DNA of 61,848 nucleotides, filler included. It is 6 parts of 6 records of this genome, joined end to end, with 100 filler letters (N's around TTAATTAATTAA, not from the genome) between each part and the next. Parts side by side here need not be neighbours in the genome. Positions count along the whole stretch, not along the records: positions 24,755 to 41,250 come from SRR2962707_2824; positions 41,351 to 50,766 come from SRR2962707_2825; 4 more parts are not named here. The stretch is one strand, 5' to 3'. The notes under the pieces were generated by a model. The model saw only the letters and a list, made by a program, of their open reading frames with translations, did not search any database and was not told the origin of the DNA. Positions 38,858-48,770 of this stretch are shown here, piece by piece (the first letter of the stretch is position 1; every line of letters starts with the position of its first letter). The position numbers and the translations under genes were made by a program.

Positions 38858-40021
38858 TCAATCCGCCGCCGCGGCAAGTGCTAAGGACACCTGTGTCGCC
38901 ACCCAACTATGAAAATTGTGGGTCGGGCCGTCCATGACCGGTGAAAAACGGCCACCGTCGAAAAGCACCCCGTGCCGGCCGCGCTGCATGCCTTCGACGA
39001 CGAACACGTCTTCTTCGAAGACCGTCCGCCAAAGCTGTGCATTGGTTGCGCGGAGACTGTCCAGTTCCGGCGTGGCATCGCCCGACGTGGCGTAATAGAG
39101 CTCGATGTATTCCACGGTACGATCCGCGGACATTGGCGCCAGCACGATGGCGAAGGCGTGATCGCGCTGCACGCCGAGCAGCACGTTGGGATAGATGGCG
39201 ACATATTCGGCGCCCTGATCCCATTTTTCACTCAGCCCGGCGAAATCGTGCAGCATCTGCCCGTTTTCGTTCTTCAATTGACGATATACATATGTCCCCT
39301 GCCCCGAAAAGCCGCCGGGCTCGAGAATGTTGTAATGATCTTCCAGCCGCGAATAGCTGTTCAACCCCGGGTGAACCCACGGCAGATGATAGCTTTCGCA
39401 GTAGTTTTCGACGGCCAGCTTCCAGTTCGAAGCGACCTCGATCTGAAACGACGATCCTTCGCCGCCATGATACAGCGGCTGGTCAAATTCCTGCCAACGC
39501 GTCATCAGCTTTGCGTGCACATCTTCGAACGCCGGCGCGTTGCCGTCGACGTTGACGAAGACCACGTCCCGCCAGACATAGGATCGAATACGCACCAGAC
39601 CCAGTTCGTCCCGGTCGATGTCGGCGTGGGTGTTCTTGCCGGGGCCGCCGACATACGGCGTCGACCGCAGTTTGCCGTGCAGGTCATAACACCAGCTATG
39701 GTATGGGCAACGGATGGTGTTGCGAATCTTCTGCGGCGTTTCGATCAGAATCATGCCGCGATGCCGGCAGGTATTCTGGAACACCCGGATCTCGCCGTCG
39801 CGGCCACGGACCATCAGCAGCGGCATGCCGAGGAAATCCACGGGGCGCGCGTCACCTTCCTCCGGAACATCCTTGCCGAAGCCGATCCCGGACCAGTTGG
39901 CGAAAAGCACCGCACGCCTTTCCCGCATGAACACATCCGGATCGATATAATGCTCGTTCGGCAACCCGCGCGCGGCACCGATCGGCGCCGTGACTGCGTC
40001 GAGACTGTCATGCGTATCCAT
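38858..40021 (-). CDS. Rieske oxygenase alpha subunit (choline/carnitine/betaine-type)
   Basis: NTCRHRG, CPYHSWCY, NWKLAVENYCESYHLPWVHP, EEDVFVVEGMQRG. Confidence 0.9.
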   Translation of the reverse strand: MDTHDSLDAVTAPIGAARGLPNEHYIDPDVFMRERRAVLFANWSGIGFGKDVPEEGDARPVDFLGMPLLMVRGRDGEIRVFQNTCRHRGMILIETPQKIRNTIRCPYHSWCYDLHGKLRSTPYVGGPGKNTHADIDRDELGLVRIRSYVWRDVVFVNVDGNAPAFEDVHAKLMTRWQEFDQPLYHGGEGSSFQIEVASNWKLAVENYCESYHLPWVHPGLNSYSRLEDHYNILEPGGFSGQGTYVYRQLKNENGQMLHDFAGLSEKWDQGAEYVAIYPNVLLGVQRDHAFAIVLAPMSADRTVEYIELYYATSGDATPELDSLRATNAQLWRTVFEEDVFVVEGMQRGRHGVLFDGGRFSPVMDGPTHNFHSWVATQVSLALAAAAD

Positions 40022-40104
40022 CAAGCCCCTCCTCACGAATTCCGGGATCGCTTCCCCGATGCGAGGTTGGCGTCAAAAGGAAGGGCTGCTCAATACGGCA
40101 AAAT

Positions 40105-41031
40105 TTAATCCTGAGTTGAATTCAACTCATCTGAAAGCCGCAGGGTGTCGGCGATGATCCAGTTCTTGAGCCGCAGCGCCGCTTCCGAAAGATCGTCGTC
40201 CGGATAGCCGACGAGATGAAACCGGTGCGGTGCCGGCACACTGAACGGGCCGACCGGCAGCAACTGTCCAGCGTCAAGCAACGGGTGAAGCAGCCGCCGC
40301 CAACCCAGCGCCAGACCTGCGCCGTCTTCGGCGGCCTGTAAAGCGACAGCATAATTGTTGACGCGGATCCCCGTTGCGAGCGGCCCGTCAAAGCCCAGTT
40401 CACGAAACCAGTCGTGCCATGTGGTCCAGGCCCGGTTGTCAGATTCCAGATGGATGAGGCGCTCGCGGGCCAGGTCTGCGAGCGTGCAGCCCGCAAGCCG
40501 CGCCGCCATGTGCTGGTCACCGACCGGAATTAGGCTGTCGCGAAAAAGTGCCGTCTGCTGCATGCGCGGGTTCGGGTCCAGCCCATAGCGGATATAGAGA
40601 TCTATCTCCGGGACGCTGAGAAACAGTTCGTCCTGGATGCGCTGGTCGACGTCAATGTCGGGATGGGCGCGCCAGAAACGGATCACGGCCGGCGACAGCC
40701 AGAGCGAGGCAACCGCCGACGTGGACCCGACGGTGACCCGGTTGCCGTCACTCCTGTGCTGGATGCTCTTCAGGCACTGCGAGACCTTGGCGAAACTCGA
40801 TGCCAAGGCCTCGAACAGGCTTTCGCCGTCCTCGGTCAGCTCGACGCCGCGATGTTTACGCCGAAACAAAGGCGCGCCCAGTTCGGTCTCCAGCGCCTTG
40901 ATCTGATGACTGACGGCACCTGGCGTGACCGAAAGCTCCTGCGCCGCGTTCTTGAAGCTGAGATGCCGGGCAGCCGCCTCGAAAGCGGCCAGGGTTGTCA
41001 GCGGTGGAAGACTGTAATAGCGGCGGGACAT
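40105..41031 (-). CDS. LysR-family regulator (GcvA-like)
   Basis: LPPLTTLAAFEAAARHLSFKNAAQELSVTPGAVSHQIKALE. Confidence 0.92.
   Translation of the reverse strand: MSRRYYSLPPLTTLAAFEAAARHLSFKNAAQELSVTPGAVSHQIKALETELGAPLFRRKHRGVELTEDGESLFEALASSFAKVSQCLKSIQHRSDGNRVTVGSTSAVASLWLSPAVIRFWRAHPDIDVDQRIQDELFLSVPEIDLYIRYGLDPNPRMQQTALFRDSLIPVGDQHMAARLAGCTLADLARERLIHLESDNRAWTTWHDWFRELGFDGPLATGIRVNNYAVALQAAEDGAGLALGWRRLLHPLLDAGQLLPVGPFSVPAPHRFHLVGYPDDDLSEAALRLKNWIIADTLRLSDELNSTQD
40112..40129. promoter_or_regulatory. 18-bp perfect palindrome, candidate operator for the Rieske-GcvT operon
   Basis: TGAGTTGAATTCAACTCA about 90 nt upstream of the Rieske start, inside the last LysR codons. Confidence 0.5.
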
Positions 41032-41250
41032 GACGCCTCGTGCGACTCCATGATCGGTTTAGATTGCCTCACCCTAATATGACCCGATCCGCGCCCGAAC
41101 GCGAGCCATAAGACCGCCTGCCCGGGAAACCATTTGGTTGTCAGTCGCCTTTCGCCAGCGCCTCCTTGACCGGGGCGAAGCTTTTGCGGTGCGCCGGGGT
41201 TGCGCCGCGTGTGGCACGCGCCGACGCCGACACGGGCACTTTGATTGATC

Positions 41251-41350
41251 NNNNNNNNNNNNNNNNNNNNNNNNNNNNNNNNNNNNNNNNNNNNTTAATT
41301 AATTAANNNNNNNNNNNNNNNNNNNNNNNNNNNNNNNNNNNNNNNNNNNN
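41251..41350. other. artificial contig spacer
   Basis: N-run/TTAATTAATTAA/N-run. Confidence 0.99.
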
Positions 41351-41380
41351 TCGCAGGTTCGAATCCTGCCGCCCCAGCCA
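41351..41380 (+). tRNA. tRNA 3' fragment, probably tRNA-Gln
   Basis: GCAGG-TTCGAAT-CCTGC T-arm then CGCCCCA-G-CCA (A72, discriminator G, typical of Gln); anticodon not in the window. Confidence 0.75.
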
Positions 41381-41400
41381 GCTTCCCTATCCTGCCCGGC

Positions 41401-42375
41401 CTAACCCGCTCCTTGGGCGGCCGGCGCCGCGTCGCCGAGAAGATGCGCTGCGCAGTCCGCATCGGTAATCACCACATTGACGTGCCCGGCCGCGACGACG
41501 GCCCGCATGATGGCGTGCTTGTGCTGGCCACCCGAGGCGACGATGCGCGTCTGGATTTTCCTGAAATCCTCTAGCTCGGGCGACATGACCTGATGGTTGA
41601 GGGGATGGTCGATCTGCCGCCCCTCGCTATCGACATAGCGGCCGATCACATCACCCACGGCCCCGGCGCTCACCAGATCATGGGGCGTTACTCCTTCGGG
41701 CAGCCCATAGCGGACCTGGAGCGAGCGGCCCGAAACATCGCCCACGCTGACCAGTCCCACATCGGCATTGCAGATCGCGTCAAGCGCCTTGCGAAAGCTC
41801 GCTTGTGAAACGATGGCCTGGCGCGCTTCGGCGCTGTCCATATAGATCGGGGCGACCAGATAATTGCCGGTTGCTCCGAAACGCTCGGCAAAGCTGCGCA
41901 CGATCTCGAAGGTATTGATCTCGGTGCCGTGGGTCAGCCCGCCCATGATCGAATAGACCTCGAGCTCCTCGAAATTCTGCGGACGGGCCGACATAATGGT
42001 CTCGCGCAAGGTGGTGCCCCAGCCCAGTCCGATCGCGTGCGGCTTGCGCGCCTGGATCAGGCGCGTGAGATAATCGGCAGTTGCCTTGCCCAGCACCTTG
42101 TGAACGAGAGCCGGCTCGGACGGGGTAGGCACGACGACCGCTGCCTCCAGCCCGAACCTGTTGCACAGCCCCGATTCAAGCTCGGCGCAAAGGCTCAACG
42201 GCGAATTGAAATGCACCGACACGAGCCCGGACTCATGGGCCTGGGACAGCATTTCATTGACGCGCCGGCGCGTCAGGTTCAGCCGCTCGGCGATGTTGGC
42301 CTGGGTCATGCCTTCGACATGGTAGTACCACGCCGCCTGAACCATGAGCTCCTCACTCTCGTCCTGCATCGTCAT
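41401..42375 (-). CDS. SorC/DeoR-type sugar-binding transcriptional regulator
   Basis: AAWYYHVEGMTQANIAERLNLTRRRV, GLGWGTTL, GAVGDVIG, VVITD. Confidence 0.9.
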   Translation of the reverse strand: MTMQDESEELMVQAAWYYHVEGMTQANIAERLNLTRRRVNEMLSQAHESGLVSVHFNSPLSLCAELESGLCNRFGLEAAVVVPTPSEPALVHKVLGKATADYLTRLIQARKPHAIGLGWGTTLRETIMSARPQNFEELEVYSIMGGLTHGTEINTFEIVRSFAERFGATGNYLVAPIYMDSAEARQAIVSQASFRKALDAICNADVGLVSVGDVSGRSLQVRYGLPEGVTPHDLVSAGAVGDVIGRYVDSEGRQIDHPLNHQVMSPELEDFRKIQTRIVASGGQHKHAIMRAVVAAGHVNVVITDADCAAHLLGDAAPAAQGAG

Positions 42376-42383
42376 CCCTCGTT

Positions 42384-42417
42384 GTTACATATGTCACGCG
42401 ACCGTAACATATGTAAC
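42384..42417. promoter_or_regulatory. tandem palindromic operators in the divergent sorC/ugpB promoter
   Basis: GTTACATATGTCAC (42384-42397) and GTAACATATGTAAC (42404-42417), 20-bp periodicity. Confidence 0.7.
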
Positions 42418-42522
42418 GTAACGGTATCGAGCGACCGCAGAGCGGCATGACTTCAATTGCCGCGAACGGTGAGAAATTCAACCCGTTTCATTCTGAAACG
42501 GAACGAAACAAGGACGAGGAAG

Positions 42523-43845
42523 ATGAACACGATTTTCAGGGGCGCCGCTCTGACGGCCCTCGCGGGATCGCTCGCCGTTACGGCTTTGCCCGCTCTGGCC
42601 CAGGACAAGACGACCATCGAGTGGTGGTACGCCAATGGCGGCCGCATCGAAGAAGTCATTCAGGAAATGATTGCCGACTTCAACACCAGCCAGGACGAAT
42701 ATGAAATCGTCGGTGTTCGCAAGGGCAATTACGAAGAAACCTTCGCCGCCATGATCGCCGCTTATCGCGTCGGCCAGCATCCCACCATCATCCAGGCCAC
42801 CGAACGCAGCTTCCTCACGATGCTTCATTCGAACGCCGCGGTTCCGGTGAACCAGTTGATGGCCGAGCAGGGCTATGACACCGACTGGACCGATTTCATT
42901 GCCCCGGTCGCAGATTTCTACGTGGTCGATGGCGCGCCCGCCGCCCTGCCGTTCAATTCCTCGACCGGCATCATGTGGTTCAACGCCGACCATTTCGAAG
43001 CCGCTGGGTTCGACAAGCCCGCCGAAACCTGGGACGAATTTGAAGATCAGCTTTATGCGATCAAGGACCAGGGCATCTCCGAATGCGGCATGGTGCTGAA
43101 CTCCGACTTCCCCTGGAGCCTGCTCGAAGCCTATTCGACCATCAACGACTATCCCTTCGGCACCGAGGCCAATGGTTTTGACGGGCTGGGCACCGAGTAC
43201 GTCTATAACACCACCCCCGTGGTCCAGCAGGTCGAGCGCCTCAAGCGCTGGATCGATGACGGCATCATCCAGCTTTCGGGCAATGGTATGTCGCCCTCCC
43301 AGCTGTTCAACTCGGGCGCGTGCTCGACTTGGTCGGCATCCACAGCATCCCATGCCGGCGTCGAGGCCGAAGCCCAGTTCAACTGGAGCGCTACACTTCA
43401 GCCGCATGAAGCTGGCGTCGAACCGCACAATTCCAACATCGGTGGCGCGGCCCTCTGGGTTCTCCAGGGCAAGGCCGATGAAGAATACGCTGCCGCTGCG
43501 GCATTCATCGACTTTGTTGCCCAGCCCGAGACACAGGCCTGGTGGAGCGAGGAAACCGGCTATATCCCGGTGACCAACGCCGCCTACGAGCTGATGGCCG
43601 ACCAGGGCTTTTTCGAGGAATATCCGACCCGCGAAATCGCGCTGCTCCAACTGACCCGCCACGAGCCGACCGATAACTCGCGCGGCATGCGGTTTGGCAA
43701 TTCCAACCAGTGGTGGGCCGTGCTGCTCGAGGAACTCGAAGCGGTATGGACCGACCAGAAATCCGCACAGGACGCTCTGGACAGCTCGGTTGCCCGCGGC
43801 AACGAAATCCTGCGCCAGTTCGAGCAGCTCCATGCCGGCAGCTGA
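42523..43845 (+). CDS. ugpB: UgpB-like ABC substrate-binding protein
   Basis: Signal peptide ...ALA-QD; FNTSQDEY, KGNYEE, LPFNSST, IGGAALWVL, TGYIPVT. Confidence 0.82.
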   Translation: MNTIFRGAALTALAGSLAVTALPALAQDKTTIEWWYANGGRIEEVIQEMIADFNTSQDEYEIVGVRKGNYEETFAAMIAAYRVGQHPTIIQATERSFLTMLHSNAAVPVNQLMAEQGYDTDWTDFIAPVADFYVVDGAPAALPFNSSTGIMWFNADHFEAAGFDKPAETWDEFEDQLYAIKDQGISECGMVLNSDFPWSLLEAYSTINDYPFGTEANGFDGLGTEYVYNTTPVVQQVERLKRWIDDGIIQLSGNGMSPSQLFNSGACSTWSASTASHAGVEAEAQFNWSATLQPHEAGVEPHNSNIGGAALWVLQGKADEEYAAAAAFIDFVAQPETQAWWSEETGYIPVTNAAYELMADQGFFEEYPTREIALLQLTRHEPTDNSRGMRFGNSNQWWAVLLEELEAVWTDQKSAQDALDSSVARGNEILRQFEQLHAGS

Positions 43846-44821
43846 CGTCCTCGTCCCAGCAGGGGTGCCGAAAGGCACCCCTCTTTTCGGTGGCCGCCAG
43901 TTTATCGAAAGGCTGACGCGGTCCAGCGAAGACGGTCTTAAGCGCGCGCATTTCAAGAACCACTGGCTCGCTGCGGCGCTGCTTTCGCCGCAACTGATCA
44001 TCCTCTTGTTCTTCTTTTTCATTCCCTCCTGGAAGGCGCTTTCGCTCGCCTTCGTTCAGGTCGATCCGTTCGGCGGGAAGTCGCTGTTTGTAGGCTGGCG
44101 CAATTTTACAGAGCTGTTCGCCAGCGAATCTTACCGCAACAGCGCATGGCTGACCTTCTGGTTCACCATTGTCCAGAACATCGCGACGCTTGCACTGGCC
44201 GGCGCACTGGCATTCGCCACCGACCACATCATCCGCGGCCGCTTTGCCTACCGCAGCATCCTGCTGCTGCCCTACGCGATCGCCCCGGTGATTTCGGGGG
44301 CTATCTGGGCCTATCTGTTCAACCCCGCCGTCGGCCCCATCGCCATGGGCCTTCACGCAATGGGCTTGCCCTGGGATCCGAACCTGCGCTCGGGCGATGC
44401 GCTGATCCTCATCACCATTTCCGCGGTCTGGAAGCACATCTGCTACGATTACATATTCCTCGTGGCCGCCATGCTGGCCGTGCCGCAATCCCTGCGCGAG
44501 GCAGCCGCCATTGACGGCGCCGGCCAGCTCAAGCGGTTCTTCACGATCTCGCTGCCGCTCATCACCCCCACGATAATGTATCTGTTCATCATCAACATGG
44601 TCTACGGGCTGTTCGACACCTTCCCGATCATCGATGCAGTGACCAGCGGCGGCCCTGCCGGCTCGACAACGACGCTTGTCTACAAGGTCTATCAGGACGG
44701 GTTCGTCATGCTCAATCTGGGCTCGTCTGCCGCCCAGTCGGTCATCCTGATGATCCTCGCCGTCACCTTCACCGTGCTGCAGTTCCGCGCCATGGACAGC
44801 AAGGTCAACTATCAGGTTTAG
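43832..44821 (+). CDS. ugpA: UgpA-like ABC permease (start codon uncertain)
   Basis: KRAHFKNHWL, LLLPYAIAP, EAAAIDGAG, TTLVYKVYQDGF, SSAAQSVIL. Confidence 0.85.
   Translation: MPAADVLVPAGVPKGTPLFGGRQFIERLTRSSEDGLKRAHFKNHWLAAALLSPQLIILLFFFFIPSWKALSLAFVQVDPFGGKSLFVGWRNFTELFASESYRNSAWLTFWFTIVQNIATLALAGALAFATDHIIRGRFAYRSILLLPYAIAPVISGAIWAYLFNPAVGPIAMGLHAMGLPWDPNLRSGDALILITISAVWKHICYDYIFLVAAMLAVPQSLREAAAIDGAGQLKRFFTISLPLITPTIMYLFIINMVYGLFDTFPIIDAVTSGGPAGSTTTLVYKVYQDGFVMLNLGSSAAQSVILMILAVTFTVLQFRAMDSKVNYQV
43861..43888 (+). terminator. intercistronic hairpin after ugpB
   Basis: AGGGGTGCC-GAAA-GGCACCCCT followed by CTTTTC. Confidence 0.7.
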
Positions 44822-44823
44822 CC

Positions 44824-45747
44824 ATGATCGAGCGTAGTCCCATCCTCACAATCGTCTGCCACATCATCCTGATTGTCGGCGCGATCATTGTCTGCGCGCC
44901 GCTCTATTTCGCCTTCGTGGCGGGCTCGCATACCGGGCAGGCCATCCAGCAGATCCCCATGCCAGTCCTGCCGGGCGATATGTTTCTCGAAAACCTGGCG
45001 ACTGCCTGGGAAACTGCAGATTTCGGCCAGTCCTTCCTCAACACGCTCATCGTCACGAGCGGCATCGTGGTGGGCAAGATCGTCCTGTCGATCCTCGCCG
45101 GCTTTGCCATCACCTATTTCCGCTTTCCGTTCCGGTTGACGGCGTTCTGGCTGATTTTCATGTCGCTCATGCTGCCGGTCGAGGTGCGCATTCTGCCCAC
45201 CTATGAATCGGTAGCCGACGTGGCCGGGCCGATCCGCTGGCTTATGGACATCACCGGCATCTCGTTTCTGATCGAAATGCTGACCGGATACACAATCGAT
45301 GCTCGCTTCAACTGGAACCTGGTCAATACCTATCCGGGGCTGACCCTGCCGCTGATTGCTTCGGCGACGGCAGTGTTCCTGTTCCGGCAGTTCTTCATGA
45401 CGGTGCCCGAAGACCTGTGCGAGGCCGCCAAGCTCGACGGCACCACGCCCATGAAGTTCCTGCGCGATATTCTGCTGCCTCTCTCGCTGCCCAACATCGC
45501 GGCGCTGGCCATCATCCTCTTTGTCTACGGCTGGAACCAGTATCTCTGGCCGCTGCTGTTCACGACGCAAAAAGACATGATGACGGTAATTATCGCGCTC
45601 AAGGGCCTGATGCCCGGACCAAACGATCCGGCGGCGTGGTGGACCTACGCCATGGCCGCATCGTTTGTCGTCATGCTTCCCCCCACAGTCGTCATTCTCG
45701 TTCTTCAGCGCTGGTTCTCCAGAGGGCTCGTGGATTCGGGCAAATAA
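44824..45747 (+). CDS. ugpE: UgpE-like ABC permease
   Basis: MIER start, LMLPVEVRILPTY, PLIASATAVFLFRQFF, WNQYLWP. Confidence 0.88.
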   Translation: MIERSPILTIVCHIILIVGAIIVCAPLYFAFVAGSHTGQAIQQIPMPVLPGDMFLENLATAWETADFGQSFLNTLIVTSGIVVGKIVLSILAGFAITYFRFPFRLTAFWLIFMSLMLPVEVRILPTYESVADVAGPIRWLMDITGISFLIEMLTGYTIDARFNWNLVNTYPGLTLPLIASATAVFLFRQFFMTVPEDLCEAAKLDGTTPMKFLRDILLPLSLPNIAALAIILFVYGWNQYLWPLLFTTQKDMMTVIIALKGLMPGPNDPAAWWTYAMAASFVVMLPPTVVILVLQRWFSRGLVDSGK

Positions 45748-45771
45748 TCAACGCAACAAGGTTTTATCAAA

Positions 45772-46515
45772 ATGACCCAGATCGTAGGCCATCGCGGCGG
45801 CCGCAATCTCTGGCCGGAAAACTCGCTGACCGGCTTTCGCAACGTCCTCGGCACTGGCATCGATGCTGTCGAATTCGACGTGCATCTCTCCGATGCTGGC
45901 GAACTGCTGGTGATCCACGACGCAACCCTTGACCGCACTGCCGAGGGCTCCGGCCCGGTGCGGCTGGTCACGCCCGAACAGCGCCGCTCGCTGCGCTTGA
46001 AGGACAGCGCGGATACGATCCCGACGCTGGCCGAGGTTCTCGCTGTACTCGGCGAAGGCAATTGCCATCTCCATGTCGAGCTCAAATCCGACGAGAACGG
46101 CGCGCCCTATTCCGGCCTGCCGGAACGGGTTGCTGCCACACTGACCCGGTTTGGACTGACCGGCCGGAGTCACATGACGAGTTTCAGCCTCGACGTGTTG
46201 GACGCCTGCAAGGCAGCCGCGCCTGCCATCCCGCGGCTTTGCTCGATCAACCACAAATCGGCGCAAGCTCTCGGACTTGAAGAAACGCTCACAGCCGCCG
46301 CCGACCGGGCGGAGATCATTGCCGTGGAAAGATCGTTACTTGCCGAGCAGTGGGACGCGGTACTGGCCATCGTGCCGCTCGACCGGCTCGGCGCCTGGGT
46401 GCCCAATACCGACGAGGACATCGGGTTCTGGCTCGAACGCCGCACCGGCTACCTGACCTCTGACGATCCGGTACTCGCGCTTGCCATGCGAGACAAGCTT
46501 GCCCGTTCCGCCTGA
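45772..46515 (+). CDS. glycerophosphodiester phosphodiesterase
   Basis: GHRGG, PENSL, EFDVH, IHDATLDRT, HVELK. Confidence 0.9.
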   Translation: MTQIVGHRGGRNLWPENSLTGFRNVLGTGIDAVEFDVHLSDAGELLVIHDATLDRTAEGSGPVRLVTPEQRRSLRLKDSADTIPTLAEVLAVLGEGNCHLHVELKSDENGAPYSGLPERVAATLTRFGLTGRSHMTSFSLDVLDACKAAAPAIPRLCSINHKSAQALGLEETLTAAADRAEIIAVERSLLAEQWDAVLAIVPLDRLGAWVPNTDEDIGFWLERRTGYLTSDDPVLALAMRDKLARSA

Positions 46516-46545
46516 GCACTGCCCGCATTTTTCTGGAGACTTTCG

Positions 46546-48075
46546 TTGCCTGTATTCAATCGCCGCCATTTTCTCGGCACCGGCCTGGCTGCCGCCGCTG
46601 TGTGGCCCAGCCTTGGAAGCGCGCGTGCGCAGACTTTCGATACCGACCCCTTTACGCTCGGCGTGGCGTCGGGTTGCCCGACACCCGACGGCGTCATCAT
46701 CTGGACGCGGCTGGTCTTTCCGCTCGAAGCAGTGCCGCTTGCCGATCCGTTCGCGCCGCTGCCCGAAATCACCATTTCACCCATGGATGTGGTCTGGGAA
46801 GTGGCAGAGGACGAAGCATTCTCACGGCTGGTTCGCTCGGGCATCTACAACGCGGTTCAGGATTGGGGCCATTCGGTGCATGTGGCGGTGACCGGCCTTC
46901 AGTCCGACCGCTGGTATTTTTACCGCTTCCGTAGCGGCAACGCCGAAAGCCGTGTCGGACGCACCCGCACCGCGCCCGCCGCCGACGCGGCCAATGATCG
47001 GTTTACTTTCGCTTTCGCCTCCTGCCAGCAGTACGAGCAGGGCTTTTACAGCGCCTATCGCGACATGGCCGAACGCGACCTCGATCTCGTCGTCCATCTT
47101 GGCGACTACATTTACGAAGTCAGCTATGGCGCCCATCTCGTGCGACGGCACAGCGCTGGCTGGCCGCCATCGCTTTTGAACGAATACCGGGACCGGCACG
47201 CCCAGTACAAATCCGACCCCGATTTGCAGGCTGCCCACGCCAACTTCCCATGGCTCGCTGTCTGGGACGACCATGAGGTCATCAACAATTACGCCGATAA
47301 CGACGCGCCTAATGTCGTCGGGGGCGAGAAATTCCTGCGCCAGCGCGCCGCCGCATATCAGGCCTGGTACGAGCATATGCCCGTTCCTCCCATCGCCGCG
47401 CGGGACTTTTCCAACTTCAAGATCTATGGCCGGCATGGCTTTGGGCAGTTGCTCGATATTGCCATGCTCGATACCCGCCAATACCGCTCGGCGCCCCTCG
47501 AAGCCGCCGAAGATACGCCCCAGCGCACAATGCTTGGTGACGCGCAGGAAGCCTGGTTCGACGCAACCCTTGATGCCTCGCGCGCCAAATGGACGATCAT
47601 CGCCCAACAGACGCTGCTCTCGGAGCGAGACACCAAGGCGGGTGACGCAACCGGCTACAACCTCGATGGCTGGGACGGATACCGTTCGGCCCGCACCCGG
47701 TTGCTGGATTCGGTGCGTACATCGGGGACTGCCAACCCACTGGTCATCGGTGGTGACCTGCATGCGTTCTACGCCGCCGACGTCAAAGAGGACTTCGCCA
47801 ATCCCGGCAGTTCCACCCTCGCCACCGAATTCGTAACCGGCTCGATCACCTCGGACGGGCCGTCCGAAGCGAGCATTGCGACGGCGCTGGCCGAAAACCC
47901 GCACCTCAAATTCGCCAGCAGCAACGAGCATGGCTACGCCATTCTCTCGCTCTCCCCGCAAAAGGCGCAGGCCGATTTTGTCGCTGTATCCGACCGCAAG
48001 GACCCAAACGCCGGCGCCTCGATCTTTCAGAGCTTTGCCGTTCTGGACGGCATGGCCGGAGTGAACCGTCTATGA
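46546..48075 (+). CDS. phoD: PhoD alkaline phosphatase/phosphodiesterase, Tat-exported
   Basis: NRRHFLG Tat motif; FTLGVASG, HLGDYIYE, WDDHEV, LDTRQYRS, WDGY, GDLH; TTG start. Confidence 0.92.
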   Translation: MPVFNRRHFLGTGLAAAAVWPSLGSARAQTFDTDPFTLGVASGCPTPDGVIIWTRLVFPLEAVPLADPFAPLPEITISPMDVVWEVAEDEAFSRLVRSGIYNAVQDWGHSVHVAVTGLQSDRWYFYRFRSGNAESRVGRTRTAPAADAANDRFTFAFASCQQYEQGFYSAYRDMAERDLDLVVHLGDYIYEVSYGAHLVRRHSAGWPPSLLNEYRDRHAQYKSDPDLQAAHANFPWLAVWDDHEVINNYADNDAPNVVGGEKFLRQRAAAYQAWYEHMPVPPIAARDFSNFKIYGRHGFGQLLDIAMLDTRQYRSAPLEAAEDTPQRTMLGDAQEAWFDATLDASRAKWTIIAQQTLLSERDTKAGDATGYNLDGWDGYRSARTRLLDSVRTSGTANPLVIGGDLHAFYAADVKEDFANPGSSTLATEFVTGSITSDGPSEASIATALAENPHLKFASSNEHGYAILSLSPQKAQADFVAVSDRKDPNAGASIFQSFAVLDGMAGVNRL

Positions 48076-48752
48076 CCCGGCCGCTCGATCTCGTCATTTT
48101 CGATTGCGACGGCGTGCTGATCGACAGCGAGCCGATCGCCAGCCGCACCCTGGCCCGCTCGCTCAGCGCCGCTGGCCTTTCGATGACCGCCGAGGAGGCC
48201 CTTCGGACCTTCACCGGGAAATCGGAAGCCGACATGCGTTACTATTTCAAGGCAGCCGGCATCAGCGGCATCGATAGCCTGTTTTCCAACTGGCACGCTG
48301 ATGTGTACGCAGCCTTCGCTGCGGAATTACGCGCCATGGCCGGGATAGAGCCGCTGCTGCGGGCACTCGATGTGCCCAAATGCGTGGCCTCCAACAGCAC
48401 CCTGGTGCGGCTGAAAAAGAGCCTCGGGCTGCTCGATCTCTGGGACATCTTTGCGCCCCATATCTTCAGCGCCGAAATGGTGGCGCGGCCCAAACCGGCG
48501 CCCGATCTTGTGCTCCACTGCCTCGCCGCGTTCGATGCGCGGCCGGAGCGCTCCATCATGATCGATGACAGCCATCACGGCATCCAGGCGGCCCGCGCCG
48601 CAGGCGTCAAGGCCATCGGGTTTGTCGATCCCAACGATCCGCGCCCCGACCGGCGTGAAGTGCTCCTCGCCGCGGGTGCCGCGGGGGTCGCCGTGGGTGC
48701 CTCGGACCTCGCCGCAATGATCATCGCCGATCTGGCGCCCTCAACCCTTTAA
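48072..48752 (+). CDS. HAD-family phosphatase
   Basis: IFDCDGVLIDSE, VASNS, KPAPD, IDDS. Confidence 0.9.
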   Translation: MTRPLDLVIFDCDGVLIDSEPIASRTLARSLSAAGLSMTAEEALRTFTGKSEADMRYYFKAAGISGIDSLFSNWHADVYAAFAAELRAMAGIEPLLRALDVPKCVASNSTLVRLKKSLGLLDLWDIFAPHIFSAEMVARPKPAPDLVLHCLAAFDARPERSIMIDDSHHGIQAARAAGVKAIGFVDPNDPRPDRREVLLAAGAAGVAVGASDLAAMIIADLAPSTL

Positions 48753-48770
48753 AGACGGGAACTGCAAAAA

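Noticed and set aside
41351-41400. Prophage/ICE attachment site at the tRNA
   Set aside because: No integrase and no second copy of the tRNA 3' end seen in the contig; the fragment is simply cut by the contig edge.
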